From Gracilinanus agilis (Eukaryota): a DNA stretch of 63,850 bases. Positions 50,490 to 62,140 of the stretch are shown in pieces (the first letter of the stretch is position 1; each line of letters opens with the position of its first letter). The stretch lies in contig NC_058133.1 in the NCBI RefSeq assembly GCF_016433145.1, forward strand, positions 377,053,349 to 377,117,198. The letters run 5' to 3'. The notes under the pieces are model-generated. The model saw only the letters and a list, made by a program, of their open reading frames with translations. It did not search any database and was not told the origin of the DNA. The translations under genes and the position numbers were made by a program.

Positions 50490-50690
50490 GGCGATAGCTT
50501 GGTGGCTCAGTAAATTGAGAGCCAGATGTAGAGATGGGAGATCCTGCTTCAAATCTAGACTCAGATACTTCCTAGTTGTGTGACCCTGGGCAATCACTTA
50601 ACTCCCATTCCCTAGCCCTTACTGATCCTCTGCCTTGGAACTGAAACACAGTATTGATTCTAAGATGGAAGATAAGGATTAAAATAAATA
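50490..50690 (+). mobile_element. SINE1_Mdo-like SINE (older)
   Basis: CORE plus CCCTAGCCCTTAC..TATTGATTCTAAGATGGAAG tail. Confidence 0.82.
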
Positions 50691-51120
50691 AAAATAAAAG
50701 ATATTAAGATAAGCCTTGAGACTTGGTTGGTTCAAAGAGACTAAAGACTCAGATTGTTGACATCATTTTTAGGTCATATAAGTACAAAATAGCTGCAAAC
50801 AGTTCTAGGAATTTTTTGATGCTCTGACAAGGGAACTTCAGTCAGTTAAATTAACTTGAGGAGTCCTCAGTGCCTATCTTTATTGGACACTCTCTTGTTA
50901 TGATGAAATAAATCTTTTGTTAACTGTTGGGTGACCTTTAAGTGCCTCATTTTGTTCTAAAATTCAACTTAAACTGGACCCAAGTCAGATCAAGTTCAGA
51001 ACAAAGGATGAGGGGATTGATGTACTTTTTGGAAATACCAATATAGCATCTATACAGAGTTGAATGAATCGAAGGTGGGAAGACTCTGGGTTCAAAGATA
51101 CCAATCAAGAAACTATTGAA

Positions 51121-51310
51121 AAGGGCAGCTAAGTAACTCAGTAGATGGAGAGCCAGGACTAGAGCCAAGAATTCCTGGGTTCAAATATGGCCTCAAATAC
51201 TTCCTAACTGCACGAACCTAGGCAAGTCACTTAACCCCCATTGCCTAGTCCTTACCACTCTTCTGTCTTGGAACCAATATACTGTATTGATTCTAAGATG
51301 GAAGGTTAAA
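51121..51310 (+). mobile_element. SINE1_Mdo-like SINE (older)
   Basis: GGGCAGCTAAGTAACTCAGTAGATGG head and TGATTCTAAGATGGAAGG tail. Confidence 0.82.
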
Positions 51311-52299
51311 TTTTACATATGTCTAAAATTTATATATATAATATAAATATACACACATATGAGAGAGCAAGGGAGAGACTATTGCAATATTTCTAGTGAG
51401 AAGTTATGAAAGCCTGAATTAAAGTGACAGTTCTGTGAGTGGAAAGAAGGGGACATGGTGAAAGATGGCTTGGAAGTGGAATCACTATGAAGAAAAAAGA
51501 GTTATAAAGTGCCATCAGAATAAAAAGTCCTGGTCTGAGTGTCAGAACTGTCTCTTACTACTAGTTGTCCTGCTTTGGCTAAGTGACAACTTCTACAAGT
51601 CTTAGTTTACTCCTTCATTAACTGATGTTGTTGGATTAGATAACCTCTGAACATCCTCCAGAGAAATATAGACCCTATTAATACTTCGAATAAAGGAGTA
51701 TTCAAACTGAATGAGACAAGCACATTTTTCGTAAGTAGCAGGGCTGAGATTTGAGCAATTTTTTATGACTCCCAGTCCAATATTCTTTCTGGCACGTAAC
51801 CTATCCTATTCCATTTCTCTTAGGACTTATGAATATATCAGTTTCTCAGTGGAAAGGTATTATATAAAGCAAATAATGTAAATATAAATGCACAAAAAGC
51901 AATAATTTTGCTTTGGGGGAAAATGTGAATATCACAAAACCACTAGGTGGTCCTTTCCCAAGTAGTGGTGGATCAGTTTGACAGAGTTAATGAGCTTTGA
52001 GCAGTGCCTTCCTCACTCCCAGATTCTCTAGCTCAATATGCTATTGAATAAACAACTTTTTTCTTTTCCATTGATGTAGTTATTCACCTCAGGAGCTTCA
52101 AGGTGTTCTAGGAGCTCTATGGACTATGATGAATTAAAAACTAATACAAGCTATGTTGCTTAAAACCATGAAGTCCCCAAACTATATTCTTTGTTATTTC
52201 TTGAAAGAGCATTTCTCTTCGTGAGTGTGTTTTTAATCTTATTGAGGAAAAAAGAAAACAATGTGGGAGGGACTAGAATCCCCAAGTGAAGGGTAGTGA

Positions 52300-52323
52300 T
52301 GTGTGTGTGTGTGTGTGTGTGTG
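52300..52323 (+). repeat. (TG)n microsatellite
   Basis: Directly visible. Confidence 0.95.
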
Positions 52324-53864
52324 AGAGTGTGAGAGTACGTGTGTGCGAAGTTAGGAATTATTACTTTGGTAATGCATTCCGAGAACTGAAAATCTATATT
52401 AGAGCCAACTGTCTATTTCAATTATAATCTGTCACTGGTTTTATAGGAATTTTAAAAGATGATAAGTACCTAATCTGTGAAAGCTCAAGATTAAACATCT
52501 TCTCTACATGATGCAAAAAAGCTCTTGCTTTTATCAACTTCTTGTATAGGTGTGATTTAGCCAGTGATTCCATAAAACACAAAAACAACATTTTGTCCAT
52601 AAATCCACCAAATTTTCACAAGGGGATGTCAAGTATCCAACCTTTATTATACTCACTTAAAACTATCCTAAGCCTTTACTGAAAGTAGTGACTCCATGAT
52701 CTCTACAAAAGAAGCTAGCAGTTTAGAGTTACCCTTTGGAGTCATGGTAAATATACACACTGACCTCAGAGCTGTGTCTAATGATTTTCAGTAACTCAAT
52801 ACCCAAACAACTTTCACAGCTTGTTTTGCTCTCTCCCAGCCAGCACTCTCTGGCACTCTCATTCACACACACCTGAATTTAAGCCAGATATTCTGAAGCC
52901 CAGACTAGTGCTATGACTAAGTGTTCTTTCTATTGATTTCTGTTCTGCCATGCTTGGCAACACAGTATTTAACAAACACATTCTGGCTCTCTATATGAAA
53001 ACAGGGTCTCCTTTTTCTCCTAGTTCTAGCCAATATAGATGGCCTCTAGTAGGTCACAGATTAATGTGGTGACCTTCTATTCTGAATAGCATAGGTTCCC
53101 CTTGATTCAGAACAATGACTTGCATTGAATTATATGAACAGAATTGAGAAGGAGGCTTTCCATTAGGCAGTTAGATGCTTTCAATTTATAACAGACTCAT
53201 CTAGCAGCAGAAGACTTGTGGTTGAAGAGGAGAAGTGATTGCATCACCCCTGGAGGCAGAGCTAAAGAGCATACTTGGGGCTAGGAAAATAAATCAATTT
53301 GACAAGAAGTAGTAGGTGGGCCTATTTGTAGTTTTTGTTCTTGATTTTTCTCTATCTCTTCTTTTTGATTATGGGGGAATAATTGCCTACCTTTGCTCAG
53401 CAGCTATAATGTTGCTATTTTTCCCTCAAAATGAGAATTCCTGCAACTATGCCTGGGAGGAGTGACTACGAACTTCTTAGGACCATCATCTTCATTGTAA
53501 CTATTTTCTAACCTGAAACTGGGACTGTATCCCGAAATCCTTCTACTTTTTGTTCTAAGAACTCTAATCAAATCAGTATTACCAAAGTATCGGAAAGAAT
53601 GTGTCACTGGCCTGCCTGGCGTTCTAGTCACCATCCCTGTGTTTTTTCTGATCCAGAATAATCTTAATTTATTATATATAAAAGGAGATGACCTTATATA
53701 AAAAGGAGATGACTACCACTCCTATCTATGTATTTGGTCCTTGTTAGAAGGTAAGCTCCTTGAGGGTAGAGACTATTTCCTCCTGTATTTGGATTTTATG
53801 TGCTTAGCAGAGTGTTTTTATATGTAGTAGTTACTAAAAAATGTTTTTTTTCACTGGGCAAGGA

Positions 53865-54480
53865 CCATGTTTGCACAAAAATATTCATAGGTTCACTCTT
53901 TGTGGTAGCAAAAAATTGGAAAATGAGGAGGTGTCCATCGATTGGGGAATGTCTGAACAAATTGTGGCATATGATGGTGATGGAATACTATTGTGCTATA
54001 AGGAATGATGAACCGCTTGATTTCTATAAGAACTGGAAAGACCTACATGAACCAATGCACAGTAAATAAGCAGAACCAGGAGAACATTGTACACAGAGAC
54101 TGTTACATTGTTGGATGATCAAATGTGACTGATTTTGTTACTAATAGCAATGCTATGATCCAGGATAATTCCGAGGGACTTAGGAGAAAGAATGCTATAC
54201 ACATTTAGAGAAAGAACTGTGGGAGTAGAAATCCAGAAGAAAACATGTGACTTATCACTTGTTTATATGGGTACTTGATTTATGGTTTTGGTTTTAAAGG
54301 AGTACTCTTTTATAAAGATGAATAATATGGGAATGGGTTGGAGTGATAATATATTTGTATAACCCAATGGAGTTGCTTGTCAACTCTGGGAAGGGGGTGG
54401 ATGAGGGGAGGAAGAAAACATGAATCATGTAATCATGGAAAAATTTTAAAAATTAAAATAAAATAACTAAAAAAATAAAA
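53865..54480 (+). mobile_element. L1 LINE 3' end
   Basis: ORF 53800-54069 KIFIGSLFVVAKNWKMRRCPSIGECLNKLWHMMVMEYYCAIRND, followed by 3' UTR and an A-rich tail. Confidence 0.93.
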
Positions 54481-55639
54481 AATGCTTTTTTAACTAATAG
54501 AGCCACATATGTGATGCTTCAATTAACTTCATTCATTCTGTTGGTTCTTGCCTCTTTTAAGGGATAAAATATTGGCTAGATTAAGGATATCTCAATTTAT
54601 CCCCATGCAGTAGATTGTTCTGATGTTGGGCTGTAGAGGGAGCAAAGTCAAGCTTTGAGTCTTGTATATGGATGTAGGATAGCTACTATAATCCTATTTC
54701 CAGGATAATCGGGATACAACATATTGAAGACTGAAGAAGTTACTTTCATTTGTTATTATATTTTTTTAACATTTCAAATGATCCATAATCTTATTAACTG
54801 GTATCTTTACTTTACTGGTATAAACTGTAAAAAAATGACACGTTTTTATGATATTTCTCAAAATCAGCTCTTCTATTTAGACCCACTGCATTTCTTTCCA
54901 ATGCTTTTTTGCTCACCTAAAATTTGGATATTTTGGAGACTAGCCTTGCAAAAGTTCTACTTTGAGGATTCAATAGACCAGAGGTTCTTTTTTTTTTCAT
55001 TACAATTTTTTTTCTATCATTACATGATATATGTTGTCTCCTTCCCCTTTTCCTTCCCCCCTTCCAGAAATGATAAGAAATTCCACTGGATTATACATGT
55101 ATTATCACTTGAAACCCATTTCCATATTATTTCTTTTTGTAATAGAGTAATCTTTTAAAACTTAAATCCCAAATCATGTACCCATATAAATAAGTGATAA
55201 ATCATATGTTTTCTTCTGCATTTCTGCTCCAACATTGTTTTCTCTAGCTGTGGATAGAATGCTTTCTCATGTCTCTCAGAATTGTTCTGGATCATTGCAT
55301 TGCTTTTAATAGCAAAGTCTATTACATTTGATCATCCCACAATGTTTCAGTTACTGTGTATAATGCTCTCCTTGTTCTGCTTATTTCACTCTGCATCAAT
55401 TCATGGAGGTCTTTCCAGTTCTTATAGAAATCAAGCAGTTTATTATTCCTTATAGCACAATAATATTCCATTGTTATCATATACCACAATTTGTTTAGCC
55501 ATTCCCCAATTGCAGGACAACTCCAACTCTATATTTTCCAATTTTTTGCCACTATAAAAATGGAGCTATAAATATTTTTATGCAAATAGGTCCATCCCCA
55601 TTTTTTTTTATTTCTTTGGGGTAAAAACCTAGTAATGTA

Positions 55640-55812
55640 GATCAGAGGTTCTTAAAAACAGTTTGTATACATGTATGACATAGAAATCTGGTGAAGGCTA
55701 TGATTAAGTTCATAAATTAAAATATATGGAATTACCCAAGGAAACAATTATATTGAAATAAGATAATCATAACGTTAAAAAAATATATTATTTAACGTAA
55801 GAACTCCCTGCT
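55640..55812 (+). mobile_element. hAT-Charlie MITE (Charlie4/MER80-like)
   Basis: CAGAGGTTCTTAA..TCTGGTGAAGGCTATG..GGAAACAATTATATTGAAATA..TAAGAACTCCCTG. Confidence 0.65.
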
Positions 55813-56099
55813 TTAGAATCTCAAAGGTACAAGAAAGCTCCAGGAAGTTCTATCAGGTTTCAAGTGTCGTTCTAGCAATAGACTCTATTACCTAAAGATC
55901 AACTTAATTAAATATTGAAAGCCTTATTGACATTAAGTTGGCCACCATGACACAGCAAAAGCTGATGGAAGGGCAAATGACTATGCAGAACATTTGACAA
56001 CCAAATATTCTATATCACCATAGGAACATTTGTAGTTGAAACAGAGGGAAATAATTAGAAATAAACCTAAGTAAATCTACCAGTATTTCTATAGTAATT

Positions 56100-56225
56100 G
56101 TTTCTCATTAATATCAATAAAACCATCAGAGAGTCTAATTGCTCAGTAGCCAATGCGCTGTACAAATAAGAAAAAATTGAAGTGGCACTCAAGAAAATGC
56201 AGGCAGGAAGAAAATCTAGACCACC
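56100..56225 (+). mobile_element. RTE LINE fragment
   Basis: KIEVALKKMQAGR, the same RTE segment as at about 12425. Confidence 0.55.
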
Positions 56226-57744
56226 AAAAATACACACACAGAAGACATCCTACCTAAAATTTTCCTACATCTCCTCCAATATTTGTCATTTTCCTTTTTT
56301 TTTTATATTAGCCAGTCTTATAATTGTGAGGTGGTACCTCATAAGTATTTTAGTTTGCATTTCTTTAGTTAATAATGATTTGGAACATTTTTTCATGATT
56401 AAAAGTAGTTTTAATTTCTTCATCTGCAAACTGCTTATTCACATTCTTTGACCACTTATCAATTGGGCAATGACTTGTATTCTTATAAATCTCATTCTAC
56501 TCTATATATTTGAGAAATGAGGCTTTTGTCAGAGATACTTGTTATAAATTTGTTCCCCAGTTTTTTCCCCCTTTTAATCTTGGTTGTATTTGTGTAAAAA
56601 CTGTTTAAATTAAATGCATTTAATGTAATAATGTAATTAAGTTAATGTAATTTATTATAATGTAATTAATTTGATGTAGTAAACATAATTTAATTTAGTA
56701 AAAATTATATATTTTACAGCTTGTAATGTTCTCTGTCTCTTATTTAGTTGTAATTCCTTCTGGATTTAGTTGTTTTTATGCTGATATGAGGCTATCTGGC
56801 TTTCCTTAGACACATTACATTCTGAGTTCCTTGAGGGCAGAGATTCAACCTTGTGCCTGGTACTAAACAAATATTTACCTTTATGATTGTTTGAGAGTGA
56901 ATTTATGCTTGATGATCCTCTCTCCCTCCCACCCTTCTTCCTTCATTCATTCCTTCACTCCTTTCTTCTTTCCCCGCCCTCCTCCCCCCCCCTCCACCAA
57001 TTCCCTTAATTCCCTTTTTACCTTCTGGCCAATTTTGACCACACATTTTGGGTTTTTTCCTGTAGCCATTTTGTGTCAATTTGCTTTAGATATATACTTA
57101 CGCCTTAGGAGGGACAGATTGGTTAGAACCAAGATAGCCCCTGGCACTAAGGTAGTTTGGCCCAAAACAATTAGTTTTCTAATTGAAACATACTGAAAAT
57201 TTTACAAATTGTATTTATCTGGATGAGGAAAGAAAGGAGATTCTTTCCCCAGTTGTCTTATGAAGGCTATTACTAATGCTATCCTGAAGGCAGAAGGCTA
57301 TAAACTCTAGTATAAATATAAGCTCCTTGAGAACAGGTAGAACAAATATAAATACTTTTGCATTTGTATTCTCCAGTACAGTGGATAGAGTGCTAAGCTC
57401 TGTCAGAAAGACCTTAGTTCACATCTTGCCTTAGACATATGTTAGTTGTATTCTCCTGTTCATTGTTTAAGTTTCCTTAACTGTCAAATGAAGGAATTGG
57501 AAGCAAAGCTTCTTCCCAAGGTCCCTCCCAGCCCTAAATCTATAATGCTATGAATCTAGCACATATTGAACACTTAGTAAAAGCTTGTTGTCAGAAAGGC
57601 TCAAAAAGAACGATTATATTATTTTTAAATGTATATTTTTAGTTTTATTTTTAAGACAGAAGGACAATAAAGTCTAGGCAATTGGGTTAAAGTGACTTGC
57701 TCAGAATCACACAGCTGGAAATTTCTGTGTCTCAGGCAAGATTC

Positions 57745-57950
57745 CTTTTTTTAAAATTTAGAATATTTTTACATGGTTACATGATTCATGATCCATCCCC
57801 CCCCCCCAAGCCAACAAGCAGTTCCACTGGGCTATACGTGTATCATTGTTCAAAACCTATTTCCATGTTATTTATATTTGCAATAGAGCAATCCTTTAAC
57901 ATCAAAACCTTAGTCACATCCTTATTGTCCTATGTGATTGAACATATATT
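57745..57950 (-). mobile_element. L1 3' UTR end
   Basis: Poly-T..CATGGTTACATGATTCATGA, C-tract, TTCCACTGGG, as in the 30972 copy. Confidence 0.8.
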
Positions 57951-58419
57951 GAAGTAGTCTGAATAAATGAAATCGGTTAGAGAGTAAAGTAGAATTGAAG
58001 TAGATTAATCCATTCCTACATTATTTAGGAAACTGAACTAATCCCTCCAGGAGGCCAAGCAACCTAGGTAAGTGGTGGATCAGAGTCCAAATTCCGCTAT
58101 GGATGACAAAGGGACATCAGGAACAAATAGGTCAGGATGGAATGCAAGATAAAAATAAGTAACTTTGGATGAGTGTTTAGGTACATGTGAAAAGTAAATA
58201 TCCTCTGAATGATCTGAGTGTAATCTACTTATTACTACCTGTATTTGTGATGAGGCTTTTCTTGACAAATAAGAACCTGAATGGGAAAGAAAATAGTCTC
58301 TTGTACCTTGTAACCTATACAAGCTACCTTGTAATGTCAGTCTGATACAGCTTCCATTAGGGAAGGCTGTCCCAGCTGGTAGATTTCTTTTTCTTTTCTT
58401 TTTTTAATCAACAAATAAT

Positions 58420-58810
58420 GGTTTCAATTATTGAATTTCTGGGTGTCTGGACTCATTTTATGAAGTACCCCACTTCAATATTTTTCTAAGCATTTTTGGT
58501 TCCAGAGTTCTTTCTCTGGATGTGGATAGCATTCTTTCTCCTAAATTCCTCTGGATTATCCTGGCTATTGCTACTGGCAGAAAAGTCATTACATTTGATT
58601 GTGCCACAGTGTATCAGTCTCTGTGTACAATGTTCTTCTGGTTCTGCTCTTTTCATTCTGTAGCAATTCCTGGAGGTCTTTCCAGTTCACATGGAATTCC
58701 TCTATTTCTTTATTCCTTTCAGCACAATAATATTCCATCACCAGCAGATATCACAATTTATTCAGCCATTCCCCAATTGAAGGGCATACCCTCATTTTTC
58801 AGTTTTTTGT
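58420..58810 (-). mobile_element. L1 3' UTR/ORF2-end fragment
   Basis: GTGGATAGCATTCTTTCTC..CACAATTTATTCAGCCATTCCCCAATTGAAGGGCA. Confidence 0.85.
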
Positions 58811-60822
58811 GAGGCTAGATTCTTTACTAATATTAACAATAATTATGTTTTGTCCATTTTTAGTTGATACTGACTTTTATTTTTAATTTATTTTTAATTT
58901 ATTTGATTTTAGCATAGTATCAAACATAGTATCAAACTGATTTCTAGAACTAAATAAGTGAATTTAATCTGCCTGACTAAGTGGACACAATCAGAGACAC
59001 CCTGCACCAGCTCAAAGCATTTCAAAGATTCTTCTGTTTAGATGGAATCATTTGTATTTTTTTTGGACTTAGGCATGGAAGACAATTAGATATTTTGAAG
59101 AAGCAGCTATAAATCATTAACAGGTATCTCCTGTTCACAGATATTTCTGATGCGTCCCTCTATATGAATTTGGACAAATTGCTTTGATTGACTGTTACTG
59201 GCAGGTCCTCCAGGGGCACATTTGTACTTGTACTCAAATGTACAGTACTTGTACCGTACATCTTGTACTCAGGGTTATTTTTGTCACATTTTAGATATGG
59301 AAGAATCTAATTATTCATCTTACTCTTTTACCCTCCTAGAAATACATAATAGATTTATATGTAATGCATATATGTATAAAATGCATGTATATGTGTATAC
59401 ACAAACATATATTTGCATAAACATGCATATGCACATAAGTTCACACACATACATACCAATATCTTTATATGTATATCTAAATGCCTAAATATCTAAATAT
59501 AACATATATTCCATAAAATATGTATATATATATACATATATATATGTATTTTTATACACATGCACAGTCACACACACATGTTTCATTCCAAAGGTGACAA
59601 GCTGAGTGCTTGCCTTGCCTACATTGTGGGACAATCATAAAGATTTTGTGAGTCATTACTTTGCATCATCTACCTGCTATAATAGCCATGTAAGGGACCT
59701 CTAGAAATGAATTTATTCACCAGTTTATATTTCTAGGTCAGAGCCATTCCAGTTGACTTGCCTCCTTACATAAAATTAAGTTTTTGGTCAGGTCCAAGAA
59801 CAACAACAACAAAAAATCTTAAACTTAAAAAGCATCATCTTATAGGAGACTCAAAAATATCTTAAGTAGACTATATTTACTTATAAATTTCCCCTTTCCA
59901 TATATTTTCTCTCTCCCTCAATTCTCTGGAGGAAAAATATGAATTTTTTTCTTCTGCATAATTTTCTCCTGTAGGGCTGACTGATTCTAAATTCCCTCTT
60001 CCATTGCTTCTTCTTCCTCCCAGCCATGTACGAAGATACACAGTTAGTAGTAAAATATGCATAACCATACACTGGGTGGTAAAATATCCTCTAAAATTGT
60101 ACAAGTAAATGTTTAGCAAAGAAAGTATGGTGATCACATTTATCCTATTATGTCTACCTTTCAGATATTAGGTATCTTTGAAAAAGCTAGAGAAACACCT
60201 TTGTTATCTGGAAACTGAGTCAAAGAGAATATGTAAATTATAGTATTATTACTGGATAAAAAGTTAAAAAAGTATTTTATTTACATGATAACAAATATTC
60301 AGATATTTGCGAATGTCATGTGCAAGTGGTGTCTTATAGAGGAGAGAAGACTAAGCCTGGCAGTCAGGAAAATCTGAGTTCACTTCCTGCTTCTGATATA
60401 TATTGACTGTGAGCAAGTCACACAACTTTTTAGTGCTGTAGGTAACTCTAAAGTTATTACATTCATATGAGTTACCAATCTTCATCTCTACAGGGCTGTT
60501 TACAGTGCTAGTTCTTTCTATGATACCATAGAATCTGACTCCAAACTGTGAATGTGAAAGCCTTGGAAGTGGTTTTCACAATTTTATCTGGAGGTTTTGG
60601 AGTAACTTAGATACTTACCAAGAGATAATATGCATAACTTATTGCTTGTGTTTGGACTGAAATTTCAGGTTCCCCCACTATCATCTCACAACTTATATTC
60701 CCTCCTCCTTTCAATGAAATTGGTCACTATAGTTGGATTCTGTCACATTTTCATCATGCATTTGTTCTTTAAAAATATTTGTCATAAATTAGTTCATTAG
60801 ATGCATTCCTAATGGGGAGCTA

Positions 60823-62140
60823 GGTGGTACAGTGAAGAATATGCTAGGTCTAAGATGGAAAGATTCCTCTTTCTAAGTTCAAATATTGCCTCAGACACTT
60901 ACTAGCTATTGTTATGGATAAAATGAGGGATACACTAAAGTTCAGGGATGATCTCTTTCACTTCCTGAGTGACAGAGGGGTAAAGGTGATTGAGGTAATA
61001 GGCTAGGAATGGAAGGGAAGGCTAAGTCTAGGGAGGAATGGACAAGGCGGTATTAGGATGGTAAGGGTACAGGGTGAGGTGTTCAGGAGAGGTAGCTGAC
61101 ACAGACTAGACACCCAGGCTAGAGACAGAGGATATTGGGGTAATAGACTGAACCCTTCCAGGCAGGAAAGGTACTTTTACAGACACAAGAAAAAGGGCCA
61201 GTCAGAAGTGGTTTGAATGTGACTTGAGGGCTTTCTTGTCAGTTTCTCAAGTCCTCAAAGGGGGAATCACAAGGATCCTTCCTGTCAGTGAAACTGAAGG
61301 GATTCAGGAGGAAGTGTTGGACAACTACTTACTCCCAAGATGAATGCCTCCAGTTTCCCTCAGGAAATAAAAGAGAATTATTTATCCCCCTCACCTTTGC
61401 CTAGTTTCTTCAACACAAAGATTCTCTAGAGGGTCTAATTAGGTAACCAAGGGTTTATTAATGTTTCAGGGTGGTCTGGAAGGAGAGAGGGGATTAAGGT
61501 TTCTGACAACTGCTAGGGAGAAACTCAAGATGGGGGAGGGTCTCAGGAATGGGTTAGACTGAGAGAGAACCTACTCTCTCAGCTGAGGAAGATTTGGCTG
61601 CTTTTAAGGTAGAGGGTATGTTAAAGGGATAGTTTGAATTCAAGGATGTCCTACTTGCCTATTGGGGAAAACTAAACCCAAAAAGTCCTTTCACTAAAAA
61701 CCCAAAAGCCACCCTGCCTCACAGAGCCCTGGGAAAACAGGCAGGGAAAACAGGGAAGTAATATGGAGAAGGTCAGGGAGAGGTTCAGAGAAATTAGCCA
61801 TGTACAAATTGTCTAAAGACAAACACAGGCCAAAGCAAACTGAAAGCCAAAAATAGAGCTCTGGTTGATCCTTCCGCTCTGTTCAAGCGTCAGGGACCAA
61901 CTGAACTTTCTCTTAGAATTCTCAGGCTTCCAACTGCCAGAAATTTTCAGTTGGCCCCCTGCAAGAGCAAAATCCCCTCTTCCAACTTTTGCATTACACT
62001 ATGCAACCCTATACAAGTCACTTAAACCTATTTATCTTAGTTTCCTTATCTTTAAAATGAGCTGAAAAAGGACATGGCAAATCACTCCAGTATCTTTCCC
62101 AAGAAAACCCCAAATTGGGTTGGGAAGAGTCAGGACTTAA
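60823..62140 (+). mobile_element. MAR1-type SINE split by an LTR (60823-60909 and 61999-62140)
   Basis: GCCTCAGACACTTACTAGCTAT stops at the LTR and resumes ..GCAACCCTATACAAGTCACTTAAAC..AAGGACATGGCAAATCACTCCAGTATCTTT. Confidence 0.85.
60910..61998 (-). mobile_element. Solo LTR, ERV1-like (1089 bp)
   Basis: TGTTA...TTACA termini, 4-bp TSD CTAT (60906-60909 and 61999-62002), AATAAA on the minus strand at 61454-61459. Confidence 0.88.

Larger units (their letters stand above)
54985..56745 (-). mobile_element. L1 3' fragment in two pieces (about 54985-55635 and 56265-56745) separated by non-L1 sequence
   Basis: L1 3' UTR and ORF2 antisense sequence stops at AAAACCTAGTAATG and resumes at CTCCAATATTTGTCATTTTCC. 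Confidence 0.8.

Noticed and set aside
53404-53634. CpG-containing ORFs on both strands
   Set aside because: No recognisable domain, in-frame stops nearby and no convincing splice-site pair.
15122-58937. Short exact tandem duplications (about 18 bp at 15123, 15 bp at 22761, 19 bp at 53680, 12 bp at 58913)
   Set aside because: Ordinary replication-slippage products with no spacer structure, so not CRISPR-like.
481-62140. tRNA-like A/B boxes at many positions
   Set aside because: These are SINE heads, not tRNA genes. None forms a complete cloverleaf.
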